64,000 bases of DNA, from contig JAZRWI010000089.1 in NCBI GenBank assembly GCA_045599645.1, forward strand, positions 33,657-97,656. The letters run 5' to 3'. This DNA comes from Candidatus Avigastranaerophilus sp. (GTDB taxonomy: Bacteria > Muiribacteriota > Ozemobacteria > Ozemobacterales > Ozemobacteraceae). Below are positions 17,548 to 30,900 of the stretch, piece after piece. The notes beneath the pieces are model-generated. The model was not told the origin of the DNA. It saw only the letters and a program-made list of their open reading frames with translations, and made no database searches. A program made the position numbers and the translations under genes. Each line of letters opens with the position of its first letter. Positions within the stretch are counted from its first letter, which is position 1.

Positions 17548-17555
17548 AAAATCAC

Positions 17556-18032
17556 CTATACGTATCTGCCAGCTATTGGAATTAATTCTTCCATGCTTGT
17601 AACAATCTGATTTGTATTAAGTAATTTAACCTTGAATTTTTCAGGACCAAAATCCATCAGGTGGCGTAGGTTTATTACAATATCTTTTTCTTTGGCTATC
17701 TTTAATAGCCATTTGGCACAGTTATCGCCACAGGTTGAAGCATTAAATACTTTGTCCGGTTCGTTAAAAATAAGAATCAAAGTTTTAACACCACCAGACA
17801 ACGCCAAGGGCGAAATCTTGCCTAATACTGGACTATCGATAACAGCGTTCCCTAACACAGTAGATTTATCAACATCAAGTATCATTTTTTTGGCAAAATC
17901 GTTTGTTATCCAAGAATCTTCATAAGTATTCTTGAAATATACAGACGTATTAAAAACAGCCTCAGGCATATCGCCATAAAAGATGCTTAACATCAAATTA
18001 CCGCCTTTTTCAGATATCAATAGTATAGCCAT
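17556..18032 (-). CDS. DUF4869-like small protein
   Basis: 158-aa ORF. The probable true start is ATG 17993 (MLSIFYGDMPEA..) with an AAGG RBS. It contains LSGGVKTLILIFNEPD, which resembles an ABC signature. It ends 8 nt before the downstream ATPase gene. Confidence 0.7.
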   Translation of the reverse strand: MAILLISEKGGNLMLSIFYGDMPEAVFNTSVYFKNTYEDSWITNDFAKKMILDVDKSTVLGNAVIDSPVLGKISPLALSGGVKTLILIFNEPDKVFNASTCGDNCAKWLLKIAKEKDIVINLRHLMDFGPEKFKVKLLNTNQIVTSMEELIPIAGRYV

Positions 18033-18125
18033 TTATACAATAATTATCAACAGCGAAATGAAGGCATATAGTTTCGTTTTTAACAAAAGCACCATAAAAA
18101 CAGTTTTATGAATTTATCTTACTTG

Positions 18126-18846
18126 CTTGGTATCGAAGTGTAGCTAGTAAAGCTTTAAGCTTTAAGCTATAGGCTCCAAGCCCCAAGCCCCAAGCCCCAA
18201 GCCCCAAGCCCCAAGCTATAAGCTATAGGCCCCAAGCCCCAAGCTATAAGCTATAGGCCCCAAGCCCCAAGCTATAAGCTATAGGCTCCAAGCTTCTAGC
18301 TTCAGGCTTCCGACGGCCTGCTTTCTCGGCCAAGAGCTAAAAGCTAAGAGCCAAAAGCCTATTGAACCAAACCTTATACCCGCTTGGTATCGAAGCACTG
18401 TCCTGCTTCTAGCTTCAAGCTTCAAGCTTTAAGCTATAGGCTCCAAGCTCCAAGCCCCAAGCTCCAAGCTCCAAGCTCCAAGCCCCAAGCCCCAAGCTAT
18501 AAGCTATAGGCCCCAAGCTCCAAGCCCCAAGCTATAAGCTATAGGCTCCAAGCCCCAAGCCCCAAGCTATAAGCTATAAGCTATAGGCTCCAAGCTTCTA
18601 GCTTCTAGCTTCAGGCTTCCGACGGCCTGCTTTCTCGGCCAAGAGCTAAAAGCCAAAAGCCTATTGAACCAAACCTTATACCCGCTTGGTATCGAAGCAC
18701 TGTCCTGCTTCTAGCTTCAAGCTTCAAGCTTTAAGCTATAGGCTCCAAGCCCCAAGCCCCAAGCCCCAAGCTCCAAGCTCCAAGCTCCAAGCTATAGGCT
18801 CCAAGCTTCTAGCTTCTAGCTTCTAGCTTCTAGCTTCAAGCTTATC
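18126..18846. repeat. Composite element: three heptamer arrays separated by two copies of an about 100-bp core
   Basis: The left end at 18126-18155 equals 11491-11520. The arrays lie at about 18149-18310, 18406-18612 and 18705-18846 and use the units CTTTAAG, CTATAAG, CTATAGG, CTCCAAG, CCCCAAG, CTTCTAG and CTTCAAG. The cores lie at 18306-18409 and 18614-18708 and differ by a 7-nt indel. Confidence 0.95.
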
Positions 18847-18987
18847 TTCGATAGGCTCGGATGCGAACCTGTTTTTTAGGGTTAATTATTTGTACTATTA
18901 TGCCGATGATTAGACCGATGTACTCTGAAAAGTCGAAAACTGTGCTTTCTAACCAAAGCAAATTGAGTTGCCAGGCAGCATGGCGCA

Positions 18988-21900
18988 ATGATTGAGCTAA
19001 TACTGATGGATATTTGCAGGCACAAAATGCAGAAAGACAAAAAATATAGAATTAGAGCGGACATTAAGAAAAGAGCAATGGCTCTGGCTGTTGCTTTGTC
19101 TGTTTTTCTCCAATCCACAACTGTTTCTTTTGCTGCAGCTCCGACTTTTGGTGCCGGTTCAGGCACCAATAGCACTGCAGCGGGTGTTAACAATACTGCT
19201 GACGGTGCAAATAGCACTGCTGTAGGTTTGGGTAACACGGCAAATGGTTCGCATAATGTTGCTGTTGGCTCAACTAATAATGCCGATGGAACCTATACCG
19301 CTGCACTAGGAACTTATAACAATATTAATGGCTATGAAAGTAACGCAATCGGTGACGACAATAATGTTACTGGTTCCCATACAAATGCAATAGGTTCCCG
19401 AAACACCACTGATGCTAATAATAGCAATGCTATAGGGTCATACAATAAAGCAATGGCTGAAAATAGCAGTGCTTTTGGTTACAAGAATACCGCTAATGGT
19501 GAAAACAGTGTGGCTTTCGGTTTTGCTAATCTGGCTGAGATTGGTAGTTCTACGGCAATAGGTGTCTCAAATACTGCTAATGGCGATGAAAGTAGTGCAC
19601 TAGGTTTTTCCAATATTGCTACGGGTAGTTTAAGTTCTGCTATTGGTGCTGAAAATATTGCTGACGGTAATTACAGTAGCGCCTTTGGTGGTCATAACAA
19701 AGCTAATGGTATTCTAAGTAACGCCTTCGGTTATTTTAACGAAGTAAATGGCTATACTAATGTTGCTATGGGTTCCAACAATACTGCTTCAGGTTCCTAT
19801 GCCAGTGCCATGGGAACATTTAATAAAATCTATTATGGTCATGAAAGCAATGCAATAGGTGATGATAATACTGCCAGTGGTACTCGTACTAATGCTATCG
19901 GTAGTTATAACCAAACTTATGCCAATTATAGTAATGCAATAGGTACTCAGAACAACACAAATGGAGAATATGCCAGTGCCTTTGGTGCAGAAAATACTGC
20001 TGGTGGAGAATACAGCAGTGCTTTGGGTTACCACAATACTGCATCGGGCTATTTTAGTTCTGCTGTGGGTAGCGAAAACAAAGCCTATGCCGATTATGGC
20101 TCAGCAATAGGTGTTTATAATTATGTAAACCAAGAATCTGCTAGTGCTTTGGGTTACAAAAATACTTCTTCAGGTCTTGAAAGCAGTGCTATGGGTGCAG
20201 AAAATACTGCTTCAGGAGAAACTAGCAGTGCCATTGGGAATAAGAATAGTGCTGAGGGTGTGAATGCAAGTTCTGTTGGTGTAGAAAATACTGCTGCTGC
20301 TTTCAGTAGTGCTGTTGGTTATTTTAACAAGGCTGTAGGTGGAAATAGCTTTGCTTTCGGTGGTTATAACGAAGCCAATGGAAATTTTAGCAGTGCTTTT
20401 GGTATTGGCAATGATGCTTTTGGCCGCGATAGCACTGCCATGGGCAGTGAGAATGCTGCAACAGGTAATAAGAGTTTGGCTATTGGGTATGCCAACAATA
20501 GAGAGTTTATCCCTATACTTTCCATCTTATCGCCTGTTGATGCCATTGATACAGGTGAAAATAGCACCGCAGTAGGCTATGTTAACGTTGCTATCGGCAC
20601 AAATAGCAGTGCTTTGGGTTATATGAATAGAACCGAAGGTGAAAATAGCACCGCAGTAGGCTATAAGAATTCCTCAGCCGGTCTAAGAAGTAGTTCTATT
20701 GGTTATAATAACGTTGCTAGTGGCACAAACAGTACCGCGGTCGGTTATTCCAACAATGCACATGATTCTATGAGTGCTGCAATGGGTACGGGCAACGAAG
20801 CGATAGGCGAATTTACCAGTGCCATTGGATCTAGCAATTACGTTAAAGGCTATGAAAGTAATGCTATTGGTGATGACAATAATGCTTTGGGTATGAATTC
20901 GAATGCTGTCGGTAGTCATAACGAAGTTTATGACAATAATAGTAATGCAATAGGTACTGGGAACTATATCGAAGGTGAAAACAGCAGTGCTTTTGGTACT
21001 GAAAACGAAGTAATCCTCTCTAATAGCAGTGCTTTCGGTTTGAGTAACAGTGTTTCAGGGGAAAAGAGCAATGCATTGGGTTATAAAAATGAGGTTCTTA
21101 CTAATGATAGCAATGCTATAGGTAGCTTAAATAAATCTAAAGGCGGCCTTAGTAGTGCTATTGGTTATTCTAATGAAGCTTCTGGCTATATGGGCACCGC
21201 TGTCGGTTATGGTAACTCAGCTTTTGCTAATGGAAGCAGCGCTTTGGGTAATGCAAACCAGGCAAACAGCTATGAAAGCAGTGCCATTGGCGCTAAAAAT
21301 ATAGCAAAAGGACCTCAAAGCAGCGCCTTTGGTGCTTCAAATACTGCATTACTCTCCTACAGCACAGCTTTGGGTTATAATAATATTGCTAATGCCGAAT
21401 ACAGTAATGCTTTTGGTAACGTAAATAGAGCTAATAGTGATTATAGCAGCGCGGTAGGTGTTGGCAATATAGCTAATGGGTATTTCAGCAGTGCCTTTGG
21501 GGCCAACAATATTGCAGAAGGGGACTACAGCAATATTTTTGGGATTGATAATGAAGCTTGGGCAGAAAATAGCACCGCAGTAGGCTATGTTAATGTTACT
21601 AGCGGTGCAAATAGCAGTGCTTTTGGTGCAGAGAATGCCGCAGGTGGTGATTACAGCACTGCAGTTGGTTATAAAAATGAGGTTACGAATAAGCACAGTA
21701 TTGCTTTGGGTAGCTTGAATAGTGTTGCAGCTATGCAAAGTAGTGCTATCGGTTATAAAAACGTTGTTTCGGCTTATGAAGGTACTGCTGTTGGTAATTA
21801 TAATGAAGCAAGGGACGTTTCAGCTGGTGCTTTTGGTTATTCTAACAAGGCTATAGGTGAAGAAAGCTATGCTTTCGGTGGTTATAACGAAGCTCATGGA

Positions 21901-24900
21901 GGTCTTAGCAGTGCTTTTGGCTATACAAATATAGTTAAAGGAGAATCCGGCAGTGCTTTTGGCTATACCAATACAGCTAATGGTGACTATAGCAGTGCTT
22001 TTGGTTTTTCTAATACTGCTGAAGGAGAATCCGGCAGTGCTTTTGGTAATTCTAATATAGCTAATGCCCTTGAAAGCAGTGCCTTCGGTTTTAACAATGT
22101 TTCTGAAGGAGAATCCGGCAGTGCTTTTGGTAATTCAAATAACGCTTCGGCATTGGGCAGCAGTGCGTTGGGTAATGCAAATAAGGCTTCTGGTGAGAAT
22201 AGCAGCGCAGTAGGTACAAACAACGTTTCTATGGGAGTGGAAAGTACTGCTATAGGTAATTTTAACGAATCTAAGGCGGAAAGCTCCAGTGCCGTTGGTT
22301 ATGGCAATATTGCTACTGGTTTGAGCACTGTGGCTGTTGGTGCTTACAACGAAGCTATCGGGACTGACAGCATTGCTCTTGGTAAAGACAATATCAGCTA
22401 TTTGGAAAATAGTGTCGCTATTGGTTTGTCAAATCAAGCATTTGAGGAAGATTCCAGTGCCGTTGGTGGCTATAATAATGCTTTGGGCGATATCAGTAAC
22501 GCCTTTGGTAATACTAATAATGCCTTAGGCGATTTCAGCCAGGCTTTCGGTGGGTGGAACATAGCTTCAGGCAGCAGCAGCACTGCTTTTGGTATGAGTA
22601 ACTATTCTGGTGGCGATTACAGCGTGGCTATGGGCTTCGGCAACAACTCAGCTTACGATGAAGACGATTTTGTTGGTGGCGTTATAGCTACCTATGCTTC
22701 AGGTCATTTAAGCACCGCAGTAGGTATTAACAACGTAGCAACTGGAGCTCGAAGCATAGCTGTTGGTTTCCAGAACTTCTCAGATGCTGAATCAAGCAGT
22801 GCAGTCGGTTATAAAAATACCGTAGCAGGCGATGCTAGTAATGGTTTCGGCAGTTTGAATGAAGTTAGCGGCGACTACAGTAGCGCTGTTGGTTATCAGA
22901 ATGCTCTTAATGGCGCAAACAGCAATGCTTTCGGTCTTACAAATGATTTGACAGGTGAATATAGCAACGCTTTTGGTGCAAACAATACAGTTAATAACGA
23001 CTACGCTACTGCTATTGGTACATGGAATGACGCTTCAGGTGAATATAGCAGCGCTGTTGGGTATTCTAATACTGTATCAGATTCTTATAACAGCGCTTTT
23101 GGCTCTAACAATATAGTTTCAGAAAACTATTCCAGCGCTTTTGGTTATCAAAATACTATTTCTGGCGGTTCTAGCAACGCTTTGGGTTATAAAAATACAG
23201 TAAGTGGTATTTATAGCAATGCCGTAGGTGCTTATGATTATGTTGGCGGGAATTATAGCACAGCTATTGGTTATGGCAACAATAGCGAGCTTAATTCATA
23301 CTGTTTCCCTACTTCTCTTATTGATTCTGGTGACTATAGCAGTGCAATAGGCTTTAATAATATTTCATCCGGTGAATACAGCAGTGCTTTTGGTAGTGAA
23401 AACAAAGCTACAGATGGTCAAGCCAGTGCTTTTGGGCATGCCAATGAAGCTACTGGTTATGAATCCAGTGCTTTTGGCGCTTATAATGAGGCTCCAGCCG
23501 ATTTCGGAAATGCGTATGGTTATTCAAATATAGCTTCGGGTGAAGACAGTAATGCTTTTGGTGATTGTAACGAGGCTTCTGGCGATTTTAGCAGTGCTTT
23601 TGGTTATGATAATAAAGCTATTGAAGAAGGCAGTAATGCTTTCGGTTATGGGAACCAGGCTAATGGAGCTTATAGCATTGCTCTGGGTGCAGAAAACCAA
23701 GCAAATGCCGATTACAGCGTAGCCATAGGTTATCAGGCGGTTTCAACAGAAGAAAATACCGTTTCCTTTGGTCATAGCATAGGTGACGCTAAGCCTTATG
23801 GAACCTACAGCGATGAACTTAACAGCAGGCTTGTTCATGTTGCTTCAGGCACAGCGAATACCGATGCGGTAAACTACGGTCAGGTAAAGAGCGGCTTTGC
23901 TTCAGCTACCTATAATGCTTCAACAAAGAAACTGACTCTTAAATCAATTGACGGCACAAGCAGTGAACTGATAATTTCCAATGACGGTGGAGATCTTGAT
24001 CTTTCACTTATTAAAAACAGCCTTGGTCTTCTTGATGATAAGCCAAACACCATTAACAGCAGCGGATCTATTGCAATCGGTTCCGAAAATACTTCCGGGG
24101 TTGCCGGTAAGCGTTCAATAGCTATAGGTATTGCCAACTCTTCAACAGGCAGCTATTCTGTTGCTCTTGGTTCCCAAAATGATGTCAGCGGTTTGAATGG
24201 CACTGTAGTGGGACACGAAAACACTTCTAATGGCGCATACAGCAATGCTTTTGGCTACAACAATACTGCATCAGGCAATGAAAGCAATTCCATAGGCTCC
24301 AATAATCTTGCTTCAGGAAACCAGAGCAGCGCTTTTGGTTATGAAAATGTTGCTGTTGCCACTTTAAGCAATGCCTTTGGTTATGACAACTATGTAACAG
24401 GCGAAAGCAGCAGCGCTTTTGGCGTCAGCAATACCGCAACAGGCACAAACAGCAGCGCTTTTGGCTACAATAGCCATGCTGACGGGTATAGAAGCTCTGC
24501 TTTGGGGTATAACAACCTTGCTGGTTCAGCAAACACTATAGCTATTGGTAGTTCCAATATTGCCTTTTCAGAAAGCAGCATTGCCATTGGTGTATCAAAT
24601 ATTGCTTCCGGCGCTTCCAGCATAGCTATTGGCGCCGATAATAAATCTAATGGCGAATCCAGTGTGGCTTTTGGTAGTGGTAATATTACTAATGCAATCT
24701 ACAGCGTGGCTTTTGGTGGCTGGAATGTAGCCTCTGGCACATTAAGTTCTGTCTTTGGCGTTGACAACATTACAGAAGGCCAGCATAGTGTAGCCCTTGG
24801 TGTTGGTAATAATGCCAAAGATTACAATTTTGACGATCCGTCTGCTGGTATTGTAACTACCTATTCGTCTGGTGAAAGAAGTACCGCTGTTGGGGTTAAC

Positions 24901-27900
24901 AACGTAGCTACCGGCACAAGAAGCACTGCTGTCGGTTACCAGAACTTCTCTGATGGCGATTCAAGCACTGCTTTCGGTTACCAGAACTATGCACTGGGTA
25001 AAAACAGTAGCGCGTCTGGTAATGGTAATATTGCTTCTGGAAGCTACAGTAATGCCTTTGGTTCTAAAAGCAAGACCTCCGGTAGTTATAGCAGTGCCTT
25101 TGGTTATTCTAATGCCGCAACAGGCACAAATGCCAATGCTTTTGGTAGCAATAACAATGTATCAGGAAATCAGAGCAGCGCTTTTGGTGTCTTTAATGCT
25201 GTTACTGCTGGTTCAAGCGGTGCCTTTGGTTTTGATAACAGGGCTTATAGCGACAGAAGTAATGCTTTCGGTTATCAGAATACCGCTTCTGGTTCTCAAA
25301 GCAGCGCTATGGGCTTTAAGAACATAGCTGTTGGTGATAACAGCAGTGTCTTTGGTTTTGAAAACTATGCTACAGGTCCGAACAGCCTGGCTTTCGGTTA
25401 TCAGAACCTTACTGATGCTGAAAAGACTTCTGCTTTCGGTTTCCAGAATAGTGCCCTTGGTTCCGGCAGTGTGGCCTTTGGTCATGCAAATAAATCTATT
25501 GGTGAAGACAGTAATGCTGTCGGGTCTGACAATATTGCAACAGGCACTAAGTCTAGTGCTTTTGGTTATTCTAACAAATCAGAAGGTAATGACAGCTCAG
25601 CCATAGGCTACGACAACTATGCAAAAGCTGAACATAGCAGTGCTTTTGGTAGCGATAACGTTGCAACTGGCACTAAGTCAAATGCATTTGGTTATAGTAA
25701 CTATGCTGATGGTGACTATAGCGCTGCTTTTGGTACCGGCAACTATGCCATAGGTAGTAAAACTACTGCTATTGGTCATTCCAACATCACTCTCAGTGAC
25801 TACAGCACTGCTGTTGGTTATAAAAATACTGCTAATGGCACAGACTCAGTTGCAGTTGGCTATAAAAATACTACTAATGGCACAGATTCAGTTGCTGTTG
25901 GTTACCAGAATACTGCTTCTGAAAGATATGATTCTGCAGTTGGTTATAAGAATACAAGCAGCGGTGCTTACAGCTCTACATTTGGTAATGCAAATACAGC
26001 CTCTGCCAGAGGCAGTAATGCAATAGGCTATCGTAATATCGCTGAAGGTCAATACAGTAGCGCATTCGGTGCAGAAAGCCATGCCATAGCCAATGGTAGT
26101 CTTGCTCTTGGTTATCAGTCTGTTGCGAAGGATGTTAATACTGTTTCCTTCGGTCATGCAGCCGATGATCTTGATGTTGACGGCACAGCCTATGGCACTG
26201 ATAAATACAGCAAGCTTGTTTATGTTGCTTCAGGTTCTGCAAATACCGATGCTGTAAACTACGGCCAGATAAAGAGCGACTTTGCATCAGCAACCTATAA
26301 TGCAGCAAATAATAAGCTCGTTCTGAAATCTGTAGACGGCACTACCAGTGAACTGACCATAACAAGTGATGCTGTAGATAATGATTTGTCTTTAATCAAA
26401 AATTCCCTCGGCCTGCTTGATGCTTACCCGAATACCATTAACAGCAGCGGCTCTATAGCTATCGGTTCTAGAAATGTTTCCGGAACATCAGCAGATACTG
26501 CAATCGCTATTGGTATTGGTAATAAGGCTAATGCTGATAAAGCTATCGCTCTTGGTTATGAAAACGAAGTCAGTGGTTCCTCTGGTACTTCATACGGACA
26601 CAACAATGTTGTTAGCGGCAATAATGGTCTAGCCGTTGGTGATAAGAATCAGGCTAAGAGTGACTATAGTAGTGCTGTTGGTTATGAAAACATAGCTTCA
26701 GGTGCAAACTCCACCGCTTTGGGCAGAACCAGCAAGGCTCTTAGTCAATATGCTACAGCTGTCGGTTATAACAATACCGCCTCTGGTAATAGCAGTAATG
26801 CTGTTGGCAAAGGGAATTCGGCTTCGGCTGACAATTCTAATGCTTTTGGTAACAGTAATACTTCTTCTGGCAACAACAGTAGTTCATTTGGTAATGACAA
26901 CTCAGCCTTAGGTTGGGATAGTATCGCTATGGGTAATAAGAACCAGGCTAGAAGTGATTATAGCGTCGCTATTGGTTATGAAAACATAGCTTCAGGTGCA
27001 AGCTCCACCGCTTTGGGCAGAAGCAGCAAGGCTCTTAATCAATCTGCTACAGCTGTCGGTTACAATAACACTGCTTCTGGCAATAGCAGCGCAGCTGTTG
27101 GTTTTGGCAATCAGGCTCTTGGTTCAAACAGCGGAGCCTTTGGTAGAGGCAATACCGCTTCAGGTTCTTTGGCTAACGCTTTTGGTTACAATAACTTAGC
27201 TTCTGGCTCAGATACTACTGCTTTTGGTAATGGTAATCAGGCTACTGGTGGTGCCAGCAACGCTTTTGGTTATCATAACACCGCTTCTGGCAATAGCAGC
27301 ACAGCAATGGGTTCTGGTAACACTGCTTCAGGCAGTGTCAGCACTGCTGTTGGTTATGGTAATATAGCTTCTAATAGCTATAGCAGTGCCTTCGGTTATC
27401 AAAACAAGGCCTACGGCCAGGGAAGCAGTGCTCTTGGTTATGGCAACCAGGCTCTAGGTACGGATGGTGCCGCTGTTGGTTTTAATAATATAGCTTCTGG
27501 AAGTAATAGTAGTGCTTTTGGCGTTAGCAATATTGCTTCCGGTTCTGGAAATGCTGCTTTCGGTAACAACAACAAAGCTTTGGGCGGTGGCAGTGATGCT
27601 TTGGGCTTGGGCAACACTGCTTCAGGTAACAACAGTAGTGCAATAGGCACTGGTAATACAGCTGCCGGCACATATAGTGTTGCCATGGGCTATAGTAATA
27701 CTGTAACAGGTCAGGGCAGCAGTGCTGTTGGTTGGACAAATACTGTATCCGGTCAGGATAGCAATGCCTTCGGTTTCAGGAATGAAGCTCTGGGCGTAAA
27801 CAGCAATGCTTATGGTAAGATGAATAAGGCTCTTGGTTCAACAAGCAGTGCATATGGTTATGAAAATACTGCAACAGGTTCAAACGGTAGCGCTTTTGGT

Positions 27901-30900
27901 TTTTCAAATGACGCTTTCGGAGCTGGCAGTAATGCTTTCGGTTATGACAATACTGCAACAGGTTCTAATAGCAGTGCCTTTGGTTACCAGAACTTCTCTG
28001 ATGGTAATTACAGCACTGCCCTTGGCTATAAAAACAAGGCTTTAAGTCAGTCCACTACAGCTGTTGGTTATGGCAATAATGTTACAGGCAATGAAGGCAG
28101 TGCTTTTGGCTATAGCAATACAATTGAAAGTGCTGGTGCCACAGCTGTGGGGCATGTTAACTCTGCCCTTGGAATGGGTTCTAGTGCTATCGGTAGTGGT
28201 AATACCGCTAATACTGCTGGTACCACTGCTGTTGGTCAGAACAATAGTGCTTCTGGTAGTAGTGCAAATGCCATTGGTAATGCCAATACTACTTCAGGCA
28301 CTCGCAGCAATGCTTTTGGTAGTGGCAACCTTGCCTCTGGTGAAGGCAGCAACGCTTTCGGTATTGATAATAAGGTCACTGGCTCTTATGGCAGTGCTTT
28401 TGGTTATAGTAATAAATCCAATTCAAATAGCAGCGCCATCGGTTATTTTAACGAAGCAAACGGTATCTCTGCCAATGCCTTTGGTTACCAGAACAAGTCT
28501 GGTGGATGGTATAGCAGCGCTTTCGGTTTTGCCAACATTGCTTCAGGTGAGAACAGTGTTTCCTTTGGTTATAAGAATGATTCTTATGGCAATAACAGTG
28601 TGGCTATGGGTTACACTAACTCATCTCTAGCTGCTGATACTGTTGCTGTCGGTTTCTTCAATGAAGCATCAGTAGCCAGCAGCACGGCAATGGGTCTCAG
28701 CAACACCGTAGCTGCTGCCAGCGGCACAGCTGTTGGTATTGGTAATAGAGTAACAGGCGATAATGGCAGCGCATTTGGTCTGAACAACACTTTATCTGGC
28801 AAGGATGGTAGTGTTTTCGGTAAAAACAATACAGCCACAGGCGATTCTGCAACTGTTATCGGTAGTAACAATACCGGAAACGGCAATAATGGAACCGCTG
28901 TTGGGTATGGCAATCTCTCTGATAATATATATGCTAGTGCCATTGGTTCTTGTAATATTGCAGATGGCGAAGAAACCAGCGCTTATGGTTTCAGTAACCA
29001 GGCTAGTGGTGATGGCAGCAATGCTTTCGGTTCCTATAATAGTACAAATGGTTATTATGCCAGTGCCTTTGGTGATTCGAACGTTTCCAGTGGCGAAGAA
29101 AGCAATGCTTTTGGTTCTTACAATAAAGCAAATGTAGATTATAGCAATGCTTTCGGTTATAGAAACATTGCCAGTGGTGTATATAGCAGTGCAATTGGTA
29201 GCCAAAACCAGGCAAAAGGTGATTATAGTCTTGCTCTTGGCTATCAGGCAGTAGCTAATAACGAAAATGAAGTTTCCTTCGGCCATAGTGCAACAGATCT
29301 TGATGTTAGCGGCACAGCCTATGGAAGTGCTAAATATAGCCAACTTACTTATGTTGCTTCGGGTGCAGCAGATACAGACGCTGTAAACTACGGCCAGATA
29401 AAGGGCGCTTATGCTTCAGCAACCTATAATGCTTCAAGCAAAAAACTGGTTCTTACGTCTGTTGATGGCACAACTAACGAACTGATAATTTCTAATGAAA
29501 GTGCTGATCTTGACCTTGATTTGATAAAGAACAGCCTCGGCCTGCTCTCTACTAATCCGAATACCATCAACAGCAGTGGTTCTATTGCTATCGGTTCATT
29601 GAATCATTCCGGTACTTCTCCAGATAAGCTTGGAATAGCTATCGGGGTTAGCAACAGTGCAACTGGCAGCGGTTCTGTGGCTCTTGGTTTCTCAAATTCC
29701 AATAATGGATATTATGCCGTAACATTAGGCAACAATAACGAAGTAACTTACTCTTATGATAGTGCTGTCGGCTATCAGAATAAGGCTTCCAATGCTTATT
29801 CAAGTGCTTTTGGTTATAACAACACGGCAAATGGTATTTATAGCAGTGCCTTTGGTGGTAGCAATACCGCTTCTGGTTATCAGAGCAGCGCTTTTGGTAG
29901 CAGCAATAAAGCTACTGGCCATTACACCAGTGCTATTGGTTATAGGAATACCGCTTCAGGTCCGAATAGTAGTGCTTTCGGTTTTGACAACACTGCTCAT
30001 GCTACTTACAGTGTTGCAATTGGTTATACTAATAACGCATGGGATAACGAAAGCAGCGCTTTTGGTTATAAAAACAATGCTTATCAACAGGGCGACAATG
30101 CTTTCGGTCATAACAATATCGCATCTGGCTCATACAGCAGCGCTTTCGGTTCTGATAACGTTGCAACAGGCTCTCATAGCAGTGCTTTTGGTTTTGGCAA
30201 CGTAACCAATGGCAGTCAGAGTTTGGTTGCAGGTTATTCAAATAAAGTCTATGGCGCTAATTCTTCTGCTATTGGTAAGTCTAATACTGTTATGAAGGAT
30301 AATTCAGTTGCTTTGGGTTCTGATAACAATGTTTACGGCAATCTAAGCAGTGCCATAGGCTATAAAAATACTGCTTATGAAATGTGCAGCAATGCTGTTG
30401 GTCAGCTTAATACTGCATCTGGCACCCATGCAAATGCTTTCGGTTCTGATAACGTCGCAACAGGCTCATATAGTAGCGCCTATGGTTATTATAACTATTC
30501 TGACGGCTCAGACAGCAGTGCTTTTGGTTATAACAACTATTCATTGGGCAATAACAGCACAGCTGTTGGTTATAAAAACCAGACCTCAGCTCTTGAATCT
30601 ACTGCTGTTGGCTCGTTAAATAAGGCTAAAGGCTCCTACAGCACTGCAATAGGTGCTCAAAACCAGGCAAATGGAAATTACAGCACAGCTATAGGCTATC
30701 AGGCTGTTGCAAATGATGACAATACTGTTTCCTTCGGTCATGCAGCTACAGATCTTGATGTTAACGGCACAGCCTATGGAACAGCCAAGTATAGCAAGCT
30801 TACTTATGTTGCTTCAGGCACAGCAGACACTGATGCTGTAAACTTCGGCCAGATAAGAGTTGCTAGAGACGGTAAGTATGTTGTAGCAACAGAAACCTTA

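Noticed and set aside
11491-18846. Whether the heptamer arrays at 11.5 kb and 18.1-18.8 kb could be CRISPR arrays.
   Set aside because: The units are 7 bp and directly abut each other, so there are no spacers. There are no 25-40-bp repeats and no cas genes.
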